From an uncultured Gammaproteobacteria bacterium (lineage in GTDB: Bacteria; Patescibacteriota; Patescibacteriia; Patescibacteriales; WJLG01), in the NCBI GenBank assembly GCA_964395625.1, contig CAYNAR010000007.1:2113-66112 (forward strand): a DNA stretch of 64,000 nt. Direction: 5' to 3'. The notes below the pieces were generated by a model. The model saw only the letters and a list, made by a program, of their open reading frames with translations, was not told where the DNA came from and made no database searches. The position numbers and the translations under genes were made by a program. Below, in pieces: positions 41,690 to 51,158 of the stretch (position 1 is the first letter of the stretch; the number at the start of each line of letters is the position of its first letter).

Positions 41690-42529
41690 ATGTTCGAAAA
41701 CTTAGATGAAAAAAAAGATGGTGCATCCTCTTCTGTGAAGCAGTCGCCTATATCGCCAGTCGCTTATCCGCCACAGGGTAAGGTCGAAGATATTTTTGAT
41801 GGAGTAAAAGACACTCCGGCTCCTGGACAGAATTTTAAAAGTGACAATGGAGACAAGAACGATGATTCGTCAAAAAAGAAAAGTGGCAATCTCGTCGGAG
41901 TGCTGATTTCCGTGGTGGTAGTTTTGATTTTAGCTGTTGTCGGCGTCGTATTGGTTAAACAAAAGGATTTAATATTGTCTAAATTTGGTGGTAGTGAGAA
42001 GGTTGAGACGCCCGCGATTAGCAACGAAAGTCTTGCAAACCCTGCTATAATTGATGCAGATAATAAGAAGGTGAATGCTCCGATAGTGAACGAGTATGAC
42101 AAACCGTCTGGAATGCCAGAAGACAATGGGCCAGCCGTCAAGAACAACCCAATAAACAACGTCGGTAACACTAGCACAACCACTGCCGTAATTACTGAAA
42201 CGGAGTATATTGTATCCACTTCCACTAAAGTTGTAGAGGATATGGATTCCGATGGTTTGCCGACTGACGAGGAAAATTCCGCAGGGACGGATCCGAAAAA
42301 GGCCGACACAGATAGTGATGGTTTATTGGATGGGGAAGAGGTGAACACCTACAAGACTAATCCGCTCAAAGCCGATACGGATAACGATGAATTATCCGAT
42401 TATGATGAGGTTAAGGTTTATTTAACGAACCCTAACAACGAGGATACCGATGCCGATACATATTTGGATGGCAAGGAAGTCAAGGGTGGGTATAATCCAA
42501 AAGGCCCAGGAATGATAATAGTAAAATAA
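41690..42529 (+). CDS. membrane-anchored protein with thrombospondin-type-3-like Ca-binding repeats
   Basis: One TM (LVGVLISVVVVLILAVVGVVLV). Repeats: DMDSDGLPTDEE, DTDSDGLLDGEE, DTDNDELSDYDE, DTDADTYLDGKE. Confidence 0.65.
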   Translation: MFENLDEKKDGASSSVKQSPISPVAYPPQGKVEDIFDGVKDTPAPGQNFKSDNGDKNDDSSKKKSGNLVGVLISVVVVLILAVVGVVLVKQKDLILSKFGGSEKVETPAISNESLANPAIIDADNKKVNAPIVNEYDKPSGMPEDNGPAVKNNPINNVGNTSTTTAVITETEYIVSTSTKVVEDMDSDGLPTDEENSAGTDPKKADTDSDGLLDGEEVNTYKTNPLKADTDNDELSDYDEVKVYLTNPNNEDTDADTYLDGKEVKGGYNPKGPGMIIVK

Positions 42530-42543
42530 TTTATCTGAATAAT

Positions 42544-43653
42544 ATGTCTTTAAATCAAAATAAAGGTGTCGGTGTCGACGAGACGGAGAGGGAGGGTGGC
42601 TCGTCCGCATACGATGCGAGCCAATCCAGGGATAGTATCGAGAGCGAAATAGAAAAAAACCTTTTGATCAAGACCATGCCCCGTAAGTTCAAGGTCAGTG
42701 CACCAGACCCTGAAAACACTAAGAATAAGACAGTCGGCATAGTCATTATGGTGATTGGAATATTGGTGATGGGTGTCGCCGCTTATTTGGTTTACATTTT
42801 TTTGATTAACCCGACAACTAATAACGGCCTTAGTGTAGTAGCCCCGACAAAAAAAGAAATTCCCGTAGATAAAAAAAGCAATGATTCTATTCAAAGCAAT
42901 AAGGAATCCACACCGGTTAATACGAATAGTAATGCTCCCAAAGAGGAGGTGAAAAGTGTTTTAAGTCAAATAAACGACAACAAGGCTTCTTCTAGCGATA
43001 ATATTTTAGCCACCACCACTCCCGTAGACACCAAAAAGCCAGAAGTTGCCACAAGCACGTCTGCTGAAAAAATAGCCGACAAAGCTGAAACAATCCCTAC
43101 CGTCGTCAAAAAGGCCATTGATACGGATAAGGATGGTCTGTCCGATAAGGAGGAGTCGATTTTGGGTCTCAGCGCCTCGGTCGCGGATTCCGATAATGAT
43201 GGTTTTTCCGATTCTTCAGAGCTTTCTAAAATGTATAACCCGGCCGGTGCCGGACGTTTGTCGGATAATCCGAATTTGGTCTCTTACAAGAATATCACTT
43301 ATAAGTATTCCGTCTTGAAGCCGGCCGTTTGGAAGGTTCAACAAGTCGGAGATTCTATAATATTCTCTTCAACCGATAATTCCTTTATACAAATAATAAC
43401 CGAGCGCGTTGAAAATGGCAGTGGCGTTTTGGCTTGGTATAACGAGCAATTTCCCGATAAACAGAAGTCTCTATCCGATGTCATGTCCAAGAATGGCTGG
43501 GAAGGTTTGTTTCATGACGATGGGCAAATATTTTATTTGATCGACGCTAAGAACAAGAATAACATATTTACAGTGTCTTATACGCCGTCGGAAGAAGGTA
43601 ATGACGATTATTATAATATATTCAAGATGATAATCGATAGTTTTTCTTTTTGA
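42544..43653 (+). CDS. membrane-anchored protein with Ca-binding D-x-D-x-DG repeats and a C-terminal globular domain
   Basis: One TM. Repeats DTDKDGLSDKEE and DSDNDGFSDSSE. 369 aa. Confidence 0.6.
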   Translation: MSLNQNKGVGVDETEREGGSSAYDASQSRDSIESEIEKNLLIKTMPRKFKVSAPDPENTKNKTVGIVIMVIGILVMGVAAYLVYIFLINPTTNNGLSVVAPTKKEIPVDKKSNDSIQSNKESTPVNTNSNAPKEEVKSVLSQINDNKASSSDNILATTTPVDTKKPEVATSTSAEKIADKAETIPTVVKKAIDTDKDGLSDKEESILGLSASVADSDNDGFSDSSELSKMYNPAGAGRLSDNPNLVSYKNITYKYSVLKPAVWKVQQVGDSIIFSSTDNSFIQIITERVENGSGVLAWYNEQFPDKQKSLSDVMSKNGWEGLFHDDGQIFYLIDAKNKNNIFTVSYTPSEEGNDDYYNIFKMIIDSFSF

Positions 43654-44096
43654 AAATAAATAAGATGGTAGAAATCAACAATGCTGCTCGAGCGGTTTTC
43701 GACAAAAAGGCCCTCAAGGAGGTCAGCGAGTATTTTTTAAGGAAGTTTAAGCTGACAAGGCGTTCCGTTTCCATGGCTTTCGTCACCGCCAACGAGATGA
43801 AAAAACTCAACCTAGCCTACAGAGGAAAAAACAAGACGACAGATGTCCTGTCTTTCGAGGGCGAGGATGATTTTTTGGGTGAGATAATCTTCGATTATGA
43901 GCAGATAAAGAAACAAGCCGAAGAGTTGGGGCATTCAGCTAAAAAAGAACTCCTCTTCATAGCTATTCATGGGTTATTGCACTTGATAGGCCGTGAGGAC
44001 GATAAGGAATGCGATCGGCTTGGAATGATTGCCGAGGGAGAAAAGATACTGGAGGATTTTAATAAAAAAAATGCTAAACATAAAAAGACTGTTTAA
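43650..44096 (+). CDS. ybeY: rRNA maturation RNase YbeY
   Basis: Metal-binding motif IHGLLHLIGRED (H-x-x-x-H-x-x-x-x-x-[HD] region). 148 aa. Confidence 0.85.
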   Translation: MKINKMVEINNAARAVFDKKALKEVSEYFLRKFKLTRRSVSMAFVTANEMKKLNLAYRGKNKTTDVLSFEGEDDFLGEIIFDYEQIKKQAEELGHSAKKELLFIAIHGLLHLIGREDDKECDRLGMIAEGEKILEDFNKKNAKHKKTV

Positions 44097-44439
44097 AAGT
44101 TTCAAGTATGCCTCTAGGGGCTTATTCAGGATGTTTAAGGAGGAGCAGAATTTACAAGTACAATCGATAGTTGCTATAATCGTATTAGTGTTGGCCGTGT
44201 TTTTTGGTATAGGTCGTATCGAATGGTGTCTAATCGGAATATCTATAATACTCGTGCTTTTGTCTGAAATGATTAATAGTGCTATAGAAAGAGTCGCTGA
44301 TATTTTAAAGCCCAGAATCCATGAATATGTCAAAGAGGTCAAAGATATAATGGCCGCAGTAGTTTTATTGTCGTCTTTTCTGGCGATTTTTATAGGAGTC
44401 GCGGTATTTTGGCCTTATGTATTAGAATTTTTCGCTTAA
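44071..44439 (+). CDS. dgkA: diacylglycerol/undecaprenol kinase family protein
   Basis: Three TM helices and the SEMINSAIERVADI block. ATG at 44071 chosen over the upstream 44029 start to limit overlap with ybeY. Confidence 0.75.
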   Translation: MLNIKRLFKSFKYASRGLFRMFKEEQNLQVQSIVAIIVLVLAVFFGIGRIEWCLIGISIILVLLSEMINSAIERVADILKPRIHEYVKEVKDIMAAVVLLSSFLAIFIGVAVFWPYVLEFFA

Positions 44440-44448
44440 GATAAAAAG

Positions 44449-44760
44449 ATGTCGCCGCAAAAAGCTTTAAAGATAATATTTTTTTCGTTTTTTTTCTTGA
44501 TCCTATCCTCTTTGATTTTTTATGGTGTCAAATCTGTTATTGACGAGAATAAGGGGAGAGATGCTAGACGTCAATTCTTTATCGATGAACAGAATAGGCA
44601 GCAGGCGAATGTGATTAACGGAGAAAAAGAGAGGGATAGTTTTGAGATGGTGAATGACGATTTGAAGAAGTATAATACCGTTCGGCAGGAGACCGTCGAT
44701 GAATTAATAAGAAGAAGCAAAATAGAAAATCGGCGCCTAAACGGCTTGCCGGTCGATTGA
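44449..44760 (+). CDS. hypothetical small membrane-anchored protein
   Basis: 103 aa with an N-terminal TM and a charged C-terminal half. Confidence 0.45.
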   Translation: MSPQKALKIIFFSFFFLILSSLIFYGVKSVIDENKGRDARRQFFIDEQNRQQANVINGEKERDSFEMVNDDLKKYNTVRQETVDELIRRSKIENRRLNGLPVD

Positions 44761-44766
44761 TATAAA

Positions 44767-46419
44767 ATGAATACACAAAAGGAGAGAAAGGGAAACTTTA
44801 ATTCTCATAAGACGACTATTTCATTGATAGCCGGGTTTTTTCTTTTATTTTTTTCGGTGGCCTTGCCGGTTACGGTCTTCGCCGCTTGGCAGAATCCTAC
44901 CGCTAATCCGCCAGGAAATAATTCAGCTGAGCCTGTGAATGCTGCCGATACGCCACAAAACAAACAAGGAACGTTATGGCTTTCCAGCGGTAACGCCTAT
45001 CTTTCCAATACCAATACTTATGGATTCATAGTGCAGAAAGGCAGGGTCGGTATTGGTTCTACCACCCCTTGGAATCTTTTATCGGTCGATAGCATTCCCG
45101 GTACAGCCGTTGCTAATATGGGCGGGGGGCGTATTGTCGGTTTGTCCGAGGTTCCGGTTAATGCGACTGAGGCCGTTTCTCGTTATTACGTAGATTCCTT
45201 GGTTGGTGGTGGGATACCATCTCCTGGTGCTAACGGAAACACTCTTCGCTCTAATGGTACTAATTGGTTGGCTAATAGTTTCTTGTATAATAACGGAACA
45301 GCTATTGGTATAGGAACTAACAGTCCTGGTGATAGATTAGATGTTTATAATGGATATTATAGTCTTAGATTTGGTGGTGATACTGCTTCTTGGGCTGGTA
45401 GTAATAGATATCCAACTATATATAGTTCAGCTGGTAGTAAATGGGTAATGATTATAAATCCTCATATACCCTATACACAATCTGGGTTTAATGGTTTTTT
45501 AGGAAGTATGACTGGTGCCACAATAAGAATGGGAAGCGACCCTGCTACTACTCATGAATGGGATTTGGGGCCGGGGACTTCTCTTGTTGGCGTGGATAAA
45601 TTTTCTATTGGTCGCGATGGCACTTCTTTTCTTGCGATTGATAATGCTGGACGAATCGGAATCGGCACAACGAATCCTGGGGCCAGGTTGTCTATCTCCG
45701 GTGGGGAGGGGACGTATTCCGCTCCGGATTTTGGTAGTACTAATCTCGGATCAATAAACATATTGAGTACCGTTTCCGGTAGGCGTAACGCTATAACTTT
45801 CAGTTCAGCCGGTTCTTCTAATGCTCAGGCTGGTATATATGTCCACCAAGATAATTCTCTTGGAACGCATATGTATCTAGCGACCACCGATAGTTACGCC
45901 ACTGGTCCGCAAGCCAGATTGACTATAAGGAATAACGGTAATGTTGGTATTGGCACTACTGACCCAGGAACATATCGTTTGTATGTAAACGGACATGCCT
46001 ACGTTAGGGGTTCAATAGAGGCTAGCGGTGCCGACTTAGCCGAAGAGTTTGCCACTGATCGCAAATATCCGGCAGGGACAGTTTTGGTTATGGGCAGTGA
46101 CGATTATTTTAAATCGGCAAAGTCTTGCAGTCAGGAATACGACAAGGCTGTCATTGGAGTAGTCTCCGACATGGCTTCGATAATAATCGGCAAGATAGAT
46201 GCACCGACTAAGGCGATCGTGTCTATGACCGGTGTCGTCCCGGTAAAAGTCAATAGCTCTAATGGCTTAATAAAAAAAGGTGATCTTTTAGTTACTTCAA
46301 GTATTAGCGGTGAGGCTATGAAGGGTATTAATCCTCCGACTGGGACTATAATAGGCAAGGCCTTGGAAAACGCCAACGGGGCTAAGGATGAAGTGATGAC
46401 TTTGATAAATCTGCAGTAA
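44767..46419 (+). CDS. fibre-like surface protein with G-x-(V/I)GIGT-x-x-P repeats
   Basis: N-terminal TM/signal, then AWQNPTANPPGNN. Repeats: GRVGIGSTTPWNLLSV, GTAIGIGTNSPGDRLDV, GRIGIGTTNPGARLSI, GNVGIGTTDPGTYRLYV. C-terminal ADLAEEF block. Confidence 0.65.
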   Translation: MNTQKERKGNFNSHKTTISLIAGFFLLFFSVALPVTVFAAWQNPTANPPGNNSAEPVNAADTPQNKQGTLWLSSGNAYLSNTNTYGFIVQKGRVGIGSTTPWNLLSVDSIPGTAVANMGGGRIVGLSEVPVNATEAVSRYYVDSLVGGGIPSPGANGNTLRSNGTNWLANSFLYNNGTAIGIGTNSPGDRLDVYNGYYSLRFGGDTASWAGSNRYPTIYSSAGSKWVMIINPHIPYTQSGFNGFLGSMTGATIRMGSDPATTHEWDLGPGTSLVGVDKFSIGRDGTSFLAIDNAGRIGIGTTNPGARLSISGGEGTYSAPDFGSTNLGSINILSTVSGRRNAITFSSAGSSNAQAGIYVHQDNSLGTHMYLATTDSYATGPQARLTIRNNGNVGIGTTDPGTYRLYVNGHAYVRGSIEASGADLAEEFATDRKYPAGTVLVMGSDDYFKSAKSCSQEYDKAVIGVVSDMASIIIGKIDAPTKAIVSMTGVVPVKVNSSNGLIKKGDLLVTSSISGEAMKGINPPTGTIIGKALENANGAKDEVMTLINLQ

Positions 46420-46472
46420 CAGGTTTATCCACTTTTTCCATCGCAGAGCTATTTATAAAATATTATTTTTTG

Positions 46473-46481
46473 TGGTATAAT
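46473..46481 (+). promoter_or_regulatory. extended -10 element TGGTATAAT
   Basis: Lies upstream of the 46558 gene. Confidence 0.35.
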
Positions 46482-46557
46482 AAAAGTGATAAAAATTGCT
46501 CAGGAGTTGTCTTAAAAATAATAATTCAATATCGCGAAATTTAAATTAATATAAAAT

Positions 46558-49500
46558 ATGATTCTCTCAAAAAGAACAAAGAAACTTGGCCTCGGACTGC
46601 TCAGTTTCTTCTCGATGCTGGCAATGCTAGTCTTGCCATTGTCCAATGTTTCGGCTCAAGTCGTCGGTGTTGTTACAAGTAATAATCCAACGGGAAGCCA
46701 AAATATTTTTTATGGACGCATAACAGGCGGCGGAACAGGAAATGCGCTTTTATTAGAAGATCAGCTATACAATGATTTGTTTAGAGTGTCTTACAATGGC
46801 ACCGTGTCTTCTGCTGGCAGCATTGGCATAGGAACTGCAGCCCCTGGATATCCATTAGACATCTATAATGCTAGTGGAGAGAATGGTGTTCGAATGAATG
46901 TCGGCGGTAATTTGTTCTACATGAGTCATGGTGGTTGGAGTATGGGTGCCGGTCGTCTTGGTATTGGCGATGGAACAGCTCCTTCTATAGTTATAAACGC
47001 CAGCAACGATAATGTCGGCATCGGAACTAATAATCCTGGCGTGAGACTGGATATCAATGGTGGTTCTGGTGCGGCTTTAAGAATTCTCGGGGGAGGCGAT
47101 CTTGTTATCAGCCCTCAATTTTTTGGGTCTAACGCTACTTTATACAATGATTATGGAGCATTATTGTCAGATGTTCCATTTAGCGCTCCCTATCTATGTA
47201 TTTCCGGAGTCTGTCAAAGTTCTTGGGCGTCTATCGCCAGTCAGTGGTTTACTAACGGGTCTAGTATATCTTACAATGTTGGTAACGTCGGCATAGGATC
47301 GGCCTCTCCGGCTTATAGTTTAGATATTGGTGGTAACATGAGAACAACCGGTCGCTATTATTCAAATGAATGGATACAGATGGATAATTTTTCCGGCCTT
47401 TATTCTCCAAACAATGGAGCGCATCTCTATCCAAACAATGGTTCATACGGAGCTTGGCGCGTCGCCGGCAATCGTAATGGTTGGTATGGTTTAGAGTTTG
47501 ATACAGCTGGTGGTCAGACAAGTTTTATGATGGGTCATACATCTCAAGGTTGGGGCGCACAGACCACTGGTGTTCATAATAATACTTATGGATGGCTGTG
47601 GTCCTTCACTCATAATCGCCTTAGTGCAGCTGGTGGTGCCGATTTTGGTGGAGGAAGCATAATCACTACTGGTAATGTTGGAATTGGAACTACGGATGTT
47701 TCTACTTATAAGATATACGGGAAGACCAATCTTGGCGGTTGGGGATATCGTTTTGATAATGATGCTAATGGAAGCAATGTCTACATGGCTCATGGTGGTG
47801 GTTATGGCATGCATGTGAATGCCGGATCAAATGCCAGTGCTAGTACTTATTTACTCGAACTTTATTCTGCTAATGGAATAAACAGTAATAGCAAATTGCA
47901 AGTCATGGGCAATGGTAATATCGTTGTTAATGGCTCGACTGTTATTGATGGTAACGCCGGATGGCACAGAACCTATGGAGACACTGGTTGGTATAATGGT
48001 ACTTATGGTGGAGGTTGGTATATGGCGGATTCATCTTGGATAAGGTCTTATGGTAATAAAAATATCTATCAGAATACTGGTGTATTAAGAACTGATGGAA
48101 CCTTGCAAGTCGGTCCTAATGGAGATACTTTTGTTGCTACCAGTGGTGGTAATGTTGGTGTTGGAACAGCCTCGCCGACGTCCAAATTGCATGTACAGGG
48201 AAATTTTTATACTGTCGGAAATGCTACAGTTACTGGAAATATTAGCAGTTTAGGTGGCAATATAAGCACTACCGGAACTATTTCGTCCACTGGCAACATT
48301 TCAACAACTGGCGGTTTTTCCGCTAATGGTGGTGGTTATTTTGGTGGAGATACTGGCATTGGAATAGCTCCTGAGTATCATGTTCGACTAAGAATTAGAG
48401 GTGTTGTCGTGCCGAACGTCTATGATTACGGAATATATGCCGATAATGCCTATACAGGAATCGTTGGTAGAGGATCAGCTTCTGGTCTTGAAGGGTATGG
48501 CCTAGATGCTGGCTCGGGAGGAACAGGTGTCTATGGCTATGGTGCTTTATATGGTGTTCGCGCTTACGGTAATGGATATGATTTTTATGGATCTTCCGGA
48601 AATCCAAGTTATTTAATGGGGGCATTGACGGTTGGAAAAACTATTACCGCAAATGATACAATTTACGCTTCTACTGGTTTGTTTATGGGTACTGGTATAC
48701 AAGGAAGATCTTCAGGTAGTAGTTCAACTGGAGTTAGAGCTTGGGGTGGTGTCGATAGTATTGGTATAGATGCTCTTACTGACGGCGGACAATACAGTAC
48801 TGCTGTTAGGGCTCGTTCTGCGGATACGGGAATTCATATAACGGCTGATGATTATGGTATATATGAGGATTTTACGCCAAGAAATTATTTTTCTGGAATG
48901 ATAGGTGTGGGGACAGATGTTCCTTCTTCTATGATGCACGTTATTGATTCTCGGGCTGGTGATGCCCCAGCCATTGCAGGTATACACTCAGTGACTAATT
49001 ACTCCGGCGTTGGTGTTTATGGTGAGGGTAAATGGAAGGGTGTTGAAGGGACTTGTAATTCAGGTACTGGCCATTGTTACGGAGCCGTTTTTAATGCCTA
49101 TACACCAACAGGAGGAACTGCGATAACTTATGGTGTTTCAGCTTCTGGAGGAAATTATGGCATTGTAGCTTCCGGAGGAACCTATGCTGGATATTTTTAT
49201 GGTAACGTTCATGTTACCGGCACTCTTAGTAAAGAAGCTGGTTCCTTTAAAATAGATTATCCGGCTGATCCGAAGAATAAAGTTTTGCAGCACAGCTTCG
49301 TCGAGAGTCCGGAAATGCGCAATATGTATTATGGACAGGCCGAAACCAAGGATGGCGTGGTCGAGGTTTCCTTCCCCGAGTGGTGGATACCCCTTAATGG
49401 TACAGATAAGGCCGAGTATAACTATCAATTCACTCCAATCGGCAAGTGGTGCAGTTTGTATGTCTCCCAGGAAGTCGAAGATGGGAAATTCAAGGTTGCA

Positions 49501-49644
49501 AGTAATGACGGGGATTGTAAATTTTCCTGGACCGTCTCAGCCGTTCGTCATGACGCCTATGCCGAAGCTAATCGCATAAAGGTTGTCGATGACAAAAAAG
49601 GCGACGAAAAGGGTAAATGCCTCTTTGAAGGTGCTTGTAAATAA
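46558..49644 (+). CDS. large fibre-like surface protein with the same GIGT repeats
   Basis: 1,028 aa with a signal peptide. Repeats: GSIGIGTAAPGYPLDI, DNVGIGTNNPGVRLDI, GNVGIGSASPAYSLDI, GNVGIGTTDVSTYKIY, GNVGVGTASPTSKLHV. Gly/Tyr-rich beta-like middle and a conserved-looking C-terminal domain (FKIDYPADPKNKVLQHSFVESPEM). Confidence 0.7.
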   Translation: MILSKRTKKLGLGLLSFFSMLAMLVLPLSNVSAQVVGVVTSNNPTGSQNIFYGRITGGGTGNALLLEDQLYNDLFRVSYNGTVSSAGSIGIGTAAPGYPLDIYNASGENGVRMNVGGNLFYMSHGGWSMGAGRLGIGDGTAPSIVINASNDNVGIGTNNPGVRLDINGGSGAALRILGGGDLVISPQFFGSNATLYNDYGALLSDVPFSAPYLCISGVCQSSWASIASQWFTNGSSISYNVGNVGIGSASPAYSLDIGGNMRTTGRYYSNEWIQMDNFSGLYSPNNGAHLYPNNGSYGAWRVAGNRNGWYGLEFDTAGGQTSFMMGHTSQGWGAQTTGVHNNTYGWLWSFTHNRLSAAGGADFGGGSIITTGNVGIGTTDVSTYKIYGKTNLGGWGYRFDNDANGSNVYMAHGGGYGMHVNAGSNASASTYLLELYSANGINSNSKLQVMGNGNIVVNGSTVIDGNAGWHRTYGDTGWYNGTYGGGWYMADSSWIRSYGNKNIYQNTGVLRTDGTLQVGPNGDTFVATSGGNVGVGTASPTSKLHVQGNFYTVGNATVTGNISSLGGNISTTGTISSTGNISTTGGFSANGGGYFGGDTGIGIAPEYHVRLRIRGVVVPNVYDYGIYADNAYTGIVGRGSASGLEGYGLDAGSGGTGVYGYGALYGVRAYGNGYDFYGSSGNPSYLMGALTVGKTITANDTIYASTGLFMGTGIQGRSSGSSSTGVRAWGGVDSIGIDALTDGGQYSTAVRARSADTGIHITADDYGIYEDFTPRNYFSGMIGVGTDVPSSMMHVIDSRAGDAPAIAGIHSVTNYSGVGVYGEGKWKGVEGTCNSGTGHCYGAVFNAYTPTGGTAITYGVSASGGNYGIVASGGTYAGYFYGNVHVTGTLSKEAGSFKIDYPADPKNKVLQHSFVESPEMRNMYYGQAETKDGVVEVSFPEWWIPLNGTDKAEYNYQFTPIGKWCSLYVSQEVEDGKFKVASNDGDCKFSWTVSAVRHDAYAEANRIKVVDDKKGDEKGKCLFEGACK

Positions 49645-49659
49645 TAAACATAAAAAAAT

Positions 49660-50376
49660 ATGAAAAACATCATTATCGTGGCTTATTTCGCTGTAGTGTT
49701 AGTGATTGGGCTTGCAGCTGGGTATTTCCTTGGCGTTAATTTTTCTAAGGGTGGGTCTGGATTAGTTTGTGCCTATGGCAGTGGTAATCTTCAGCAAGTA
49801 AGAGATAGATTGTTAAAAGCCAATGTTATTACTGACTATGCCAATGCGTTATCTGGAACAATAGCTTCCGTATCTGGAAACAATATTTCTTTCGAAGCTT
49901 CTTTGGTTAATCCATTGCAGGATGAGAAGTTGAAGAATAGAGTCGCTACAATATCAGAAAATACTAAAATTTATGTCTACACAAATCGTTCCAGGGAGGA
50001 AATCGATAGAGACATAGAAATGAACGCTGCTAATATAAACGAGCTAAAAACAAAACTCAATACAGCAACGGAGAATATTAAAGAATGCATGTCCAATAAA
50101 GACCCCAAGGACTGCATAAAAGAGCAAGAAGAGGAGAGTTCTCTTAGGGAGAAAATTAATAAATTAAGTGATATATATCTGCCTTATTCTAGAAGGGAAG
50201 GGTCTATCTCCGATATTAAGCCTGGTATGTTGATAACGGTTTCCGCGGGTAGAGAGGAAAAGGATGGTTTCCCGGCTCAGGGTATTAATATCGCTGAAAA
50301 ATTAGAATTCGAAGCTGTCAGTATAGAGCTTCGTGAGAATCTTGCTAAGAAAGACGCTTTGACTGTTAAGCCGTAA
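49660..50376 (+). CDS. hypothetical membrane-anchored protein
   Basis: 238 aa with an N-terminal TM. No motif recognised. Confidence 0.5.
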   Translation: MKNIIIVAYFAVVLVIGLAAGYFLGVNFSKGGSGLVCAYGSGNLQQVRDRLLKANVITDYANALSGTIASVSGNNISFEASLVNPLQDEKLKNRVATISENTKIYVYTNRSREEIDRDIEMNAANINELKTKLNTATENIKECMSNKDPKDCIKEQEEESSLREKINKLSDIYLPYSRREGSISDIKPGMLITVSAGREEKDGFPAQGINIAEKLEFEAVSIELRENLAKKDALTVKP

Positions 50377-50408
50377 GCGGATCTTTTGTACTCGCTTTAC
50401 TCCTTTAA

Positions 50409-51158
50409 ATGTTTGATATGAAAAAAGACAAGGCAAGTAAATTGTTCGTTCTTACTATTTTTGTCGTCGTTTTCGCGATGATCGGTTTAGTGATTTTCTT
50501 GGTTTGGAAAGGGTTGCCATCCCCAAGTGATAATGTCGAAGTTGGTGAAGAAACGAAAGTTTCCTCTGGGGACATGGACGCCGAAACTCAAAAATTGATC
50601 GATGAAGTCAAAAGTGCCGCCAATAAAACAGTAGAGGATAGTGGCGAACAGCAAGTCATTGGGCAATTGGTTACTTTCACCAAAGATGATGAGGTCGCAG
50701 GAGGTGATAGTGTCGAACAGGCCGTGGTGGTTGCGCCGAATAGCAATCCGGTGTCTACCGATACTGGAAAAGTTTTAACTCATGACGGAAGAAATGAAGC
50801 TACTAACGTCGGATATGCGGGAAGCCCTGATGCCCCCTTGCAATCCGATCCCATAAAGGATACTTCTAAATTGCCATCAAGCGTCATAAGAGTTTTGATA
50901 AAACCAGATGCAATGGAACCGAAGCGTATTGAAGTGGTCGCCGGTCAGGCCGTTGCGTTAGCTGTTACGGCAGATTCTTCGGTCGAAATTTTTAAATTCG
51001 ATGACCCATTATTATCGGCTGTGGCTATTGGTTTGAAACCTGGGGAGACTAGAGAGATAACCTTTAATGCTCCTAGTAAACCAGGAAATTATGTATTCTT
51101 TTCCGATTATATCGGACATCGTTCCTCTGGAGCCGAAGGCTTGATGGTTGTCAAATAA
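50409..51158 (+). CDS. membrane-anchored protein with C-terminal cupredoxin-like domain (no Cys ligand)
   Basis: The C-terminus FNAPSKPGNYVFFSDYIGHRSSGAEGLMVVK resembles the cupredoxin Y-x-x-x-C-x-x-x-x-H-x-x-x-x-M strand. However, Ser/Asp occupies the position where Cys is expected. Confidence 0.45.
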   Translation: MFDMKKDKASKLFVLTIFVVVFAMIGLVIFLVWKGLPSPSDNVEVGEETKVSSGDMDAETQKLIDEVKSAANKTVEDSGEQQVIGQLVTFTKDDEVAGGDSVEQAVVVAPNSNPVSTDTGKVLTHDGRNEATNVGYAGSPDAPLQSDPIKDTSKLPSSVIRVLIKPDAMEPKRIEVVAGQAVALAVTADSSVEIFKFDDPLLSAVAIGLKPGETREITFNAPSKPGNYVFFSDYIGHRSSGAEGLMVVK

